Source: Eledone cirrhosa (taxonomy: Eukaryota). Taken from it: DNA of 64,000 nucleotides. Shown piece by piece: positions 53,300 through 64,000 of the stretch. The position numbers were made by a program, and so were the translations under genes. The stretch covers positions 95,108,001 to 95,172,000 of the forward strand of contig OZ024745.1 in the NCBI GenBank assembly GCA_964016885.1, written 5' to 3'. Position 1 is the first letter of the stretch. Each line of letters starts with the position of its first letter. Under the pieces are notes generated by a model. It did not search any database, had not been told where the DNA came from, and saw only the letters and a list, made by a program, of their open reading frames with translations.

Positions 53300-55098
53300 T
53301 ATAGAGTATTTACGTATCGAGAGAGAGAAAAAAGGGAGGATAGGTGATACATATAGTTATTTGCCAAGTAGCGTATGCCAAAGGTGCTCAATACTAGTGC
53401 CGGTAGTATTAAATATTCGAAGTGCTAATATTTAGTGGGCTAGAGAGTTAGCAGAGCGTAAGCACGTGGAAAAGTAAGAAATCAGAGAATAGACCGTTAA
53501 AACATGTTTATTTAAAACGGCATCTACGACGGTTCGCCCAAATGGGCTTCTCAAGGGCATAAATAAACAAAAGTGTTCCTTACATTGCTCGGAAAGAGTT
53601 TTTCAGGTTAGGTTCACGTCAAGATTCATTGCTCGCAAAAATAGCGTGTTTTGATTTTGCCGCAGGTCAAGGGAGGTAACTCTGGCCGGTGTTAGGGCAG
53701 TCTTTCCCGGACAAATGTTTTATCCGTTGCAAGATGTGGTTACAACCTTACCATTGTCGATACGCACAGGGTCACGTAATCAACGCTTATTTTGAGACGT
53801 TTGTTTTTTTCCGCACCTGTTTGCCTGGGTGGTTTGAGGCTGGGTCTGGTATGCATGGTTACTTTCCTGGGTGTTATTTTGCAGCGCCTGCCCGCCGGGG
53901 TGTTAAAACTTATTGCAGGGAGATCCGGTACACGGTTTCACTCCTCATCCTTAACCCATCTGAAGAAGGATATATTTAAGCGATGTGTAAAACTTATCGC
54001 TGTTTCAGCTCTGCTGTTGATGAGCTCGTGGGGTGCAGTTATGATGTGGTAGAGCTCCATGGGGCAAATATCGCACTTCCTCTTGAAGTTGTACGGTGCT
54101 GCCCTGCCGACAATATCCCAGTGCGTGGAGAAGCTGATGTTTAAGTCCTTTAATGATGTGATGTAGTCCGCGAGCGAAGTGGAGTGTCTTAATTTCTTAT
54201 TTGTGAAAGAGTGGAGATGTGTTCGAAATCTAATTTAGAACGGGCCGGAATTAGCCCCTATATAAGGTTTAACGCTATTGTGGCTAGTTACAGTGCATCT
54301 ATATATAACCCTATCAGTCAGGCAGTATCCTCTAAGGGGGCAGCGTCCCCTGTCGCGGCAGTTGCAATTTCTGTCGCGGTTCCATCCATTTCCCACGGTA
54401 AGGCTATCATTGTTGCTGCCTACGTTGTTATCTACGCCCCCGCAGCTGTCGTTAGCACCATTACAACCCACAGCGCGCGGGGTGGTACGATTATTATTCC
54501 GCACGTCATGTCCTGCATGTTCCCCAGTCATTTCGCGGTTATGCTGGTTGCGTCTGCGGTGGCCGTTGCCAGCACTATTGGATGCTGCTACGGAGTTGTT
54601 AAGGCCGATATAGTTATTGTCAGGTGTAGATGCGTCTGTGCTAAGGTGCTGTGTCTTGGTGATCTTACTGTGTTTCGTTTTGCCTATGATGTCTGCTAGG
54701 TTAGGAGTAGTAGAGGAGGATATTTTTATATTGTTCCTATTAAGAATTTTTCTATACCTATGGTTGGGCGGGAAGTTCTTCTCTAAGGCTTCGAAGAATA
54801 TCCGGGGTATGTTAGAGGCCACACTCCGAGAGTAGGGGGGTGGAACCATAGGACGTTACGGTGGCGATTACGTGTCCTTGTACGTTTGCTACGGGTGGTT
54901 CCATCTAGGTGACCGTTCTTATGCATGTTAATGCGCTGTAGCCCGTTAGGTGCCACTTTCACTTTATGCTCGGGTGCACTCTTCTTCCTTCTTCCATGTT
55001 TATGTACAGGAAGAGGTTGGTTGGAAGGCGTTGGTAGTAGGCCGTCGCCTTTGTTGATTTTGTAGAAGGGGAATAGTTCGAGTAAGCTACAGTGGTCA
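53300..55098 (-). mobile_element. 5'-truncated Penelope-like element, Naiad-type signature
   Basis: RNVLWFHPPYS..NFPPNH..NRNNIKISSS; CNC..CPLRGYCL..VIY..YIG; beyond the stop at 54235 it continues H..SF..STSLADYI..W.I..KCDIC..LINSRAE. Clade assigned from recalled motifs only. Confidence 0.85.
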
Positions 55099-55800
55099 CT
55101 CATTTGTTCAACGCTGACAAAGGAACGGTGTACTAACTTGAAACTAGTACAGCCTTCCTTTGTCAGTGTTGAACAAATGAGCAACGATGGTTGCTAGACA
55201 CTGTACGGCTTAATTCTGGATGTTTGTTTACAAACACACCGAGCATTATAATAAATGTTCGGTGAATCCATACGTACATATATATATATATATATATATA
55301 TGTGTGTATGTATGTATATATATATATACATACTACTGTACGTCTGTATACATATATGTACGTATACATACATATAGTAACAGCCGTACTAAAAGTGAGA
55401 AATGAAATTTCGTTTCATTTTTTCCGTCTATCGTTTTCGGTGTGCCCGGCCGATTAACTCACTCGATATGCAAATTAGGCTGCTCAGCCGTTAATATGCA
55501 TAAGGAAAGTATATACTTTCAGACGTTTAACCATCTGGCAGGAAGGTATACGTTGCTGACGATATCTAATAAGCTTGAAACTAGTACAGCGTTCCTTTGT
55601 CAGTGTTGAACAAATGAGCAACGATGGTTGCTAGACACTGTACGACTTAATTCGGGATGTTTGTTTACAAACACACCGAGCATTATAATAAATGTTCGGT
55701 GAATCCATACGTACATATATATATGTGTGCATGTATGTATATATATATATACATACTACTGTACGTCTGTATACATATATGTATGTACGTATACATACTT
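55099..55800 (+). mobile_element. Family B array (about 1.4 units) with a short 5' inversion
   Basis: Matches 46041-46550; 55099-55135 is an inverted copy of 55143-55181. Confidence 0.88.
55551..55591 (+). ncRNA. Minimal hammerhead (family B)
   Basis: cgttg-CTGACGA-tatctaataagctt-GAAA-CTAG-TA-cagcg. Confidence 0.78.
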
Positions 55801-55943
55801 ATATATATATATATGCTATATATATAGATGGTGTGTATATATATAATATATATAAAATGTGTGTGTGGGTATGTGTATGTATACATATATATGTGAATGT
55901 ATGTGTGTGTATATATATATGTGTGTGTGTGTGGGGGGTGCGC

Positions 55944-55974
<31 letters not shown>

Positions 55975-56391
55975 TTGATATGTGTGTATGTGTGTGTATG
56001 TATGTAATATATATGGACTGTAAATATATTTACATATAGGGAAGTGAATATGTGAGCTAGCATGTCCCCACCCCACACTTCCTCTCCTAAACCAATAACA
56101 ACAAATCTTTGACAAATGTTCCAAAATTATCTATATTTTCTCTTTTAAATGTCATCCCATTCTTATCAAAAGACATGTATCTTACACCTCATTAAAACCC
56201 AGACAAGCACCTAAATTCATCTTTGATATAGAAATTTGTAGAAGATATTCTTCATAAATTTAAGAGAGTTGATTCTGCTATGCCATTATATGCTCATCAA
56301 AGGTCAGCTAATGAAATAAAATCAGCAGGAGGGTATGTTTAAATTACCTTCTAAAACACCCTTATGTTGCAATCTCACCATTTTCTGAGTG

Positions 56392-56464
<73 letters not shown>

Positions 56465-56899
56465 GTGTGTGTGCGTGTGTGTGTGTTTGTGTGTGCGTGT
56501 GTGTGTGTGTGTATGTATGCTTTAATTCCTCCAAATCTTCATCATCATCAACGCTCATTAACACCACACACACCACATCCCAGACACATCCAAATCTCTC
56601 TTATATATAGTCACTCATCTCAACACAACCTGATCTCAGTTTGACAATCGCCACAGACAGACGAATGCGAGAAAGTTCTCCAACCCAAGTTAACCAGGAA
56701 TCTCTAAAATTCTTCCCAGCGAAGTTAACAAAGAACTTGTTAGATCTACCAACTCATAATATTATAATATTATAAAATTAAATCAAATTATTTAACACTA
56801 CAAGTGAAGTCATTCTTTTCCTCTTTTTCAAATATACCTAACTGTACCAAGGATCTCACACATTTTCCAATATATATATATATATTTTTTTTTTTTTTG

Positions 56900-57158
56900 T
56901 CAAAAGTGACACAGAGGAGATTGAGTTTAGCTTGACATGCTCACCGACATCCAGAGTTGACATTGCACTCAGTGCTCCTATGGGAGCCCCTACATGGATA
57001 CACTGGAAGAGGAAGACCAAGGTTAATGTATGTTGATGCCCTAAGGACAGACACTGGTCTGTTGGAGACGCAGGATATGGCAGCGATAATGAGGGACAGA
57101 GACCGCTGGAGAGAACTCGTCCATGGATCTCGGGAATTTTACCCGCCCTAGATGAGAT
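56900..57158 (+). mobile_element. LINE (RTE-like) extreme 3' end
   Basis: VLLWEPLHG..GRGRPRLMYVDALRTDTGL..MRDRDRWRELV. Confidence 0.7.
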
Positions 57159-57414
57159 ATATATACAAACACACATATATATATAGATAGATAAATATAC
57201 ACGGGTGTGTATGATTGTGTATAGAAGATTATATTAATAAGAGGAATTCCAACTTTGTCTGATTTACTCTTTTTATTTACAATCCTTTAAAATTTATAAT
57301 GGCATTATGATGAAATAGTATGATAGAATATTAAATGTTAAGTGTTAATTGAACAAGTACTTTCATACTTTCAAGTTTTCAATTTTCAACTGTCAGAATA
57401 AAAAGATGAATATT

Positions 57415-57475
57415 GACGTACATGGGAGTCGAACCCTTATCTTTGGTTATCCGGACCACTGTGCTACCATTTACA
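57415..57475 (-). other. tRNA-derived (Pol III promoter-like) segment
   Basis: Minus strand gtaaatggtagcac..agggttcgactcccatg: A-box-like and canonical B-box with T-arm; acceptor stem not recoverable. Confidence 0.6.
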
Positions 57476-57504
57476 ATTGCAAACTTGACTGTCACCACAC
57501 ATTA

Positions 57505-57543
57505 TGAACCTGAAGATTGCGAAAGTATGAAAGTACTTGTTCA
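57505..57543 (+). ncRNA. Minimal hammerhead (family D)
   Basis: tgaac-CTGAAGA-t-tgc-GAAA-gta-t-GAAA-GTAC-TT-gttca; perfect 5-bp stem I, palindromic AGTACT. Confidence 0.85.
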
Positions 57544-57655
57544 ATTAACACTTAACATTTAATATTCTATCATACTATTTCATCATAATACCATTATGAA
57601 TTTTAAAGGATTGTAAATAAAACGAGTAAATCAGACAAAGTTGGAATTCCTCTTA

Positions 57656-57709
<54 letters not shown>

Positions 57710-58167
57710 TCTGCGTTCTGACTCAGTTATTCAATAGGTACTTTTTATAAAAGAAACATAACCACTTTAGCAAACCCTGTATATTAAAAGACTAATTTAT
57801 TAGTTGGCACTGATGAACTCTACTACTTCTAGAGCCTACAAGGTAGACAGGTATTGCACTCAGTAATTTGATTGCCGATGTCACCGAATATATTTGCTGT
57901 TGTCAACAATTCCTTAACGACATAGAAATAAAATTTACAGCGTTGTGTTTCACAATTTCTTCTCGGTAATGAGTCAGTTTGTAATGATATTTTCTTTATA
58001 ACCCATTGATCATTTGCAGTACGTTCTGTAGTATATCAGTCTCTGGTTGAGTGTTAATGACAAAGTATTTTGTTTTAGTATTTGGTATTTTTGAAGTATA
58101 CTCTAACTATGTTTGTGGTTTAGATCGATACATGAGATGACTTCTTATATGCATTTTTTATTGATGT

Positions 58168-58658
58168 GTTGACGGAACCATAGTCTCGCGTTATGCCCTA
58201 TAAATTATGTGCTCAAAGGAAAAGGAATTCTGCGCTGTCTTATGCACGCTGTCACACCTCACTACCACGGGTTGCAAGACGGTTATCTTATATTTTCTTA
58301 GAGTTGTCTGGAATGTATCAACCTAACACACGCTGATGACCCATAGGTGTTTCCATTTCAGTCAATAATTTTTTGGCGAAACAAATCTCTTTGGATTTGT
58401 ACGTGTGTGATATATAGTAATAGAGGGGCGTATACACATTTTGATTTATATTATTAATTATTATGTGTCTACCTTATCTTCCGTAGTTTATAGATTCCAT
58501 ACACTGATGGTTTCCCTGTTTTTGATCGCACACACACACACTCTCTCTCTCTCTTAGTGTGTTATCCTTTCTACATATTGTATTTTGAAGAGCTCAGTAT
58601 TCTTTTTTCTTTGAGCACCTAATTTACAGGGTATCACGCGATTCTATGACTCCGTTAA
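58168..58658. mobile_element. Old element with about 65-bp imperfect inverted ends
   Basis: acgga..catag..cgcg..ccct..aaatta.gtgctcaaag mirrored at 58596-58658. Confidence 0.55.
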
Positions 58659-58668
58659 TTTATCTTGA

Positions 58669-60045
58669 TACATACATACATACATACATACATACATACA
58701 TACATACATACATACATACATACATACATACATACATACATACATACATACATACATACATACATACATACATACATACATACATACATACATACATGGT
58801 GGCTGCCAACTCGTTTTCGAGTACGGCCACTACTTTATATTCATGTAGGGGAACCCCTACTGATGCGCTGAGCGAGTGTGACTTTTTAGTCCAGCCAGCG
58901 ACTTGAAAACTCTGGTACAAACACTACACATGTGACAATTACTGACACATAGTGCTGGGCCCATTGTACCCTGTGATGACAAGTGCAGAGAGATCTCCAG
59001 ATATAAAGCAATGCCTGTGCCATGAAGCTTTTATAGTGAGCAAAGGCACTGCACAAAGCCAGTCCCACTCGCTTAATCAAGATGATATTTACCAAAAAGA
59101 AGAACAAGTCAACATCATTGGATACCATCAGGGTTGCAGGTGCTATATCAGAGTTTTCCTTCTCCTAGAATTCTGCCTTGACAAAGCCTAAGGGGTCATC
59201 TCTCCCAGTGATTTTGGATGGCCATTGACTCTTAAGAGCTCCTTTGCCCTTTGACAGGTTTTGCTTTTAGTCCTGCAGGATGTCCAAAGTCACCCTCCTC
59301 ACCAACAAACCTTGGTGGGGTTGCCAGTTTAGTCGCCAACGATCCGACCATGAGACAGGTTGCACTGGGATACATGTTACCAGTAGCACCAACTGGTGAC
59401 CTGACATACATACATACATACATGGTGGCTGCCAACTCGTTTTCGAGTACGGCCACTACTTTATATCCATGTAGGAGAACCCCTACCGATGCGCTGAACG
59501 AGTGTGACTTTTTAGTCCAGCCAGCGACTTGACAACTCTGGTACAAACACTACACTTGTGACAATTATTGACACATAGTGCTGGGCCCATGGTACCATGT
59601 GACGACAAGTGCAGAGAGATCTCCAGATATAAAGCAATGCCTGTGCCATGAAGCTTTTATAGTGAGCAAAGGCACTGCACAAAGCCAGTCCCACTCTCTT
59701 AACCAAGATGATATTTACCAAAAAGAAGAACAAGTGAACATCATTGGATACCATCAGGGTTGCAGGTGTTATATCAGAGTTGTCCTTCTCCTAGAATTCT
59801 GCCTTGACAAAGGCTAAGGGATCATCTCTCCCGGTGATTTTGGATGGCCATTGACTCTTACGAGCTCCTTTGCCCTTTGACAGGTTTTGTTTTTAGTCCT
59901 GCAGGATGTCCAAAGTCACCCTCCTCACCAAGAAACATTGGTGGGGTTGCCAGTTTAGTCGCCAACGACCCTACCATGAGACAGGTTGTACTGGGATACA
60001 TGTTACCAGTATCACCAACTGGTGACCTACATACATACATACATA
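58669..60045 (-). mobile_element. Tandem dimer of a roughly 610-bp bipartite RTE derivative (58797-59403, 59422-60028) with (TGTA)n tails
   Basis: Period about 626 bp; 5' part has RTE-UTR-like ctaggagaaggaaaactctga; 3' part matches the RTE end at 26712-26890. Confidence 0.85.
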
Positions 60046-60049
60046 TATA

Positions 60050-60598
60050 GGGAGATAAAGCCGACAGAGCCTTGATAAGCATCAACAAATGCGAAACACG
60101 GCTCTGTCGGCTTTATCTCCCCTGTTTACTGAAAATTAAAGTAAGTGAGACTATCACTACTCTAAAGCAATAGCATAAGGTCTTCGAAATGCTTTTAATT
60201 AAGCATACAGTGTATTGCAAAATACACTATATATACATACATATATATATATAGCTATTTCAGAGCACCAATTCTAATTTTCAATTTCTGCTTGACCGGC
60301 AACCGCTCTGTATAATCAGTTCCTGATTATTTACTAGAATTCTATAAGAATCAAACATCCATGATTTTCGGCAAACAGGGGGAGTAGTTAGCCTTGATAA
60401 GCATCAACAAATGCGAAACATGGCTCTGTCGGCTTTATCTCCCCTGTTTGCTGAAAATTAAAGTAACTGAGACTATCACTACTCTAAAACAATAGCATAA
60501 GGTCTTCGAAATGCTTTTAATTAAGCATACAGTGTATTGCAAAATACACTATATATACATTCATATATATATTGCTATTTCAGAGCACCAATTCTAAT
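60050..60598 (+). mobile_element. 322-bp tandem element (family E) with two HHR-like motifs (60068-60103, 60390-60425)
   Basis: agcc-TTGATAA-gcat-caacaa-atgc-GAAA-CAC/CAT-ggct; stem III and NUH are not canonical; 22-bp 5' inversion; (TA)n flanks. Confidence 0.75.
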
Positions 60599-60612
60599 AT
60601 ATATATATATAT

Positions 60613-62160
60613 ATGAAAACAGGGAGAAAAAGACGATTATCAGGAAGAAAAATATTTTTTTTCCTTTTTATTTTTTCTTTATTTTTTCTGAGTTAGAAAA
60701 TGATTAAACCGAAATATTTTACTTTATGTGAGGTGTTAAGGTTAAAAAACACACTTATCAGCAGAACTACCCACCATACCTAATCAACAATGGATTCCAA
60801 CGTGCCCTACAACTCGACATCTAGGAACTCAGACACCCCAAACCCAGGAATGAACAGCAACAGAAAACTCTACCATACATCTCCACTCACAACCCCCTCA
60901 ACAATGAGGCATTTGATACCATGCTCCAGAACATTCCTTTACTAAAAAGAGACCCAAGAATGAACAAAATCCTCCAAACACACAACATCATAAAGAGCAA
61001 AAGACAACCTAAATCCTTAAAAAACATCCTCACACAAGCCATAATCCAACAAACCCTCACAATGAACCCCACATTAACAAAATGCGGAAGGCCCAACTGT
61101 GGTATCTGCATAAATCTAATAGAAGGTTCAACATTCCATTTTAAACAAGGACAACATTTCACAGTTAAACACAACTTTACATGGGCTTCTGAAAACCTAA
61201 TCTATGTTTTGACCTGCTCAGGTTGTCAAGAGCACTACATAGGACAGACAAAAAACAGCCTCCGACAATATATGACCGTCCATAAATCACAAATCAAAAT
61301 ACAGGAATACAGAAAGATTGCGTTTAGTGAACATATCGCCAATTGTGCACCCGACCAACATCCAAACTTTAAAATTTTCCCCATTTACAAATTCATAGAC
61401 AACGGTACTTTCATCCATCGTACCAATAAGGAAACGTATTTCATTAACAAATTCCAACCTCTACTTAATGCACTAAACTTCGGACTAAACTAAAACTGGA
61501 ACGAACAATGAAACATTTACAAATACCTATGTCTCTCTAAAGAGTTACCTCCTTCACACCCTACCTAACCCTTTTTCTTAAATACCATCCGCCATTTCTC
61601 TCCCACCCTGAAGTACCCCCCCCCCCTGCATATTAACTCTCTAAAAAGGGAAATCATTTCAAACCCCAGTCCACCATTTGCTTCCATCATGGATCAAATG
61701 AGCACTCTTGCTACATTAACACATTCTGATCTGGTTATCTTCAAGAACTATGCCTGTAAATAATATTATTTTTTCTTTTTCTTTCACATTGCCTTATTAT
61801 GCTCCACATTATGCCCCTTTTTTTCTTTTTTCTTTTCACTTCATAAACCTTGTTTGAAAATAACATTATTCTTTCTACACCATTTTTTGAACATGTCCAA
61901 CACCACCATTCTACACCAATACATATTATTATCATTTGATAATGCATAAAAATGCTGAAACCGGTAATAGACAATTATTAAATATATAAATAAATAAAGC
62001 CATTGTTAGTTAATAAATAAATCAACTAACACCTTAACACCTCACAGAAAGTAACATTTTTCGTTTTAATCATTTTCTAACCCAGATAAAAAGAGAAAAA
62101 ATAAAAAGGAAAAAATATATCTTTCTTCCTGATAATCGTCTTTTTCTCCCTGTTTTCATA
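60613..62160 (+). mobile_element. 5'-truncated Penelope-like element with an inverted terminal copy
   Basis: ORF 60921..61493: CGRPNCGIC..NLIYVLTCSGC..YIGQT..KETYFINKFQPLLN; 60613-60743 is inverted at 62030-62160; (TA)n flanks. Confidence 0.92.
61932..61970 (+). ncRNA. Hammerhead in PLE 3' region, U3-A8 core
   Basis: tcat-TTGATAA-t-gcat-aaaa-atgc-t-GAAA-CCGGTA-atag; stem I partly decayed. Confidence 0.72.
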
Positions 62161-62231
62161 TATATATATATATCCTAACTCGTGTGCTTCCTCTCCACAT
62201 TTTATTATATATATATATATATATATATATA

Positions 62232-62422
62232 ATAATTGTTTCTACTTTAGGCACAAGGCCAGCAATTATCCCAGTGCATTACTGGTACTTTATTTTATCG
62301 ACCCCGTAAGGATGAAAGGCAAAGTTAACCTCGGCGGGATTTGAACTCAGATCATAAAGGGACGTAACTATGCTGGAAAGCATGGCGTCCGACCCTCTAC
62401 CGATAGTGCCAATCCGCCGCCC
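62232..62422 (-). mobile_element. Full-length tRNA-derived SINE
   Basis: Reverse complement of the consensus. Confidence 0.92.
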
Positions 62423-62444
62423 TTATATATATATAATAATAATA

Positions 62445-62643
62445 ATAAATTTGAAGACTAAAATCCAAAGAGGGCTCGATAAGGATAAATATATATCAAA
62501 TATATAAGAACTGTAGAGCAAATATTTATTAAAATAACAGATTAAAGTTTAAGCAAAGAACCGCTGCTTTCACCCTTAACGGGATCTTCTTCAGCAGATC
62601 CCGTTAAGGGTGAAAGCAGCGATTCTTTGCTTAAACTTTAATC

Positions 62644-62645
<2 letters not shown>
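62445..62645 (-). mobile_element. Family I element with a hairpin centred on a degenerate HHR-like core
   Basis: Arms 62540-62586 / 62596-62643; minus strand CTGAAGA(aga)-t-ccc-gttaa-ggg-t-GAAA-gcagc. Confidence 0.6.
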
Positions 62646-62722
<77 letters not shown>

Positions 62723-64000
62723 AAATTTCTATTCTAAATGTATCAGAAAATACAAATAGAACGGGAATGCCAAAACATGGACTGAACACAAATTTGAATC
62801 AATATTTAACAATCCAAAACGTGATATAAGTTTCAATAGTACATCTATTGGGTAGATAGGAAAGTTGTCGTAGATATTGTTTACTAAAGAAATTGTCAAA
62901 CATTATGAATGCTCTTACGATAAATAACTTCATATTTCCAGATAAACTATTTATTATTAATGAAGGTATTCTGGTAAATAATGATAAAAATCATTAAAAC
63001 CATAAATATATTCATATTACAAGTAGTTTTCATTCTTATTTGATCTGATCGTTTGTGCTTAAGGATATATCAAGAACTACAAACACTTACCTTGCGGTAT
63101 TACAATTCTAAAAAAATAAATAGCTGTAAAATCCTATCTAATGAGGAATTCGTTTATCAAAGCAACAACTACTAATTAGAAATACACAGAATTCAACACG
63201 ATAAAAACACTGTGACAAACAAGGTATGACAAATATTTGTTTTCCCACGTACTAATGTAAATAAATGGTTTAATTGATTGACCTTTCGTTGAACAGATGC
63301 ACTCATCAGCGAATTAACACCTCTCCGTTGGTTTTCAGGTAGGGGAGAAAAGATTCGATGTATATAAACGTGAGTACACGTCTTGTACTCATGAACCGTA
63401 AAGTCCACTTCATTTACATTCAAAGAGAGAACGTAAAGATTCATAAACAAATACAGTATGGTATTTTATCCGTACTAACAGTTCCGTATATCAAATGACT
63501 ATAGAATTACTATGTTTGCAGAATCCAATAATGTTAGAGTAAACAACCTTTTAATACAAAGCATCTTTTTAACTGGATTTCAATAGATAAAATAAAAACA
63601 AAACGGACTATTCTTTAAAATAGATATTAAAATAAACTGCAAAACAAAATATCTGATAAATTGTTTAGTCTGTTAAGGCTGCAATAAGAACTATTTTGAT
63701 CAAACCATTAACTTTTTTGTGAACTAGTCACTGTAATCAAAGAAGAGATGAACAAACACAGTACTAAAACATCCCACAGAAATAAACATTTAGACATTTT
63801 CAGTAACAGTAAGTTCAAGATATTTCCTCAAGTTCAAGGAATGATCCAAACACATCAAGAAATTCACTCAGAAAATAAACCATAACGGTTCTGAGATGGA
63901 AGGACACGCATATTTACAGAATATTTCCTTTGCCCCCGAAAAACAATTTTGTTCTGTGAAGAAGCACACCTACCATGCTGCTGCTGCTGCTGCTACTATC

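Larger units (their letters stand above)
57231..57662. mobile_element. Hairpin element (family D) with HHR and tRNA-like core, next to (TA)n
   Basis: Inverted arms 57231-57372 / 57521-57662. Confidence 0.85.

Noticed and set aside
53960-54400. Selenocysteine recoding, reported for some Naiad PLEs
   Set aside because: Conserved Cys positions are normal codons and the in-frame stop at 54235 is TAA
57808-57836. CTGATGA followed by a ctcta/tagag stem
   Set aside because: No GAAA or stem I partner, so no HHR can be completed
58330-58390. CTGATGA-c-cca..tgg-c-GAAA
   Set aside because: Stems I and III do not pair; may be a relic but is unsupported
63085-63450. Possible minus-strand host exon (GTAAGT donor near 63090)
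   Set aside because: No recognisable protein motif or matching acceptor; needs RNA-seq
63820-63886. HQEIHSENKP resembling a C2H2 linker
   Set aside because: No upstream CxxC and an immediate stop; likely chance

Overview
AT-rich, microsatellite-dense eukaryotic DNA, most likely octopus or another cephalopod judging by the dominant tRNA-derived SINE. No host gene is recognisable, and most long ORFs in the track are microsatellite artefacts. The window is almost entirely decayed mobile elements: one near-full L1/Tx1-type LINE, several R4/Dong-type LINE pieces, RTE LINE pieces and derivatives, four Penelope-like element (PLE) remnants with GIY-YIG domains, Helitron fragments, hAT and Tc1/mariner MITEs, and about 14 SINE copies. 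The most notable signal is RNA structure. Reading both strands by eye gives about 20 type-I hammerhead ribozyme (HHR) motifs from about 10 unrelated families. Some lie in PLE pseudo-LTRs. Others lie in non-coding tandem monomers of 561, 511 and 322 bp or in hairpins inserted in (TA)n, which look like retrozymes. Several carry the compensatory U3-A8 core, a palindromic stem III and a mismatch at the base of stem II. All folds were assigned manually and ribozyme activity is untested.
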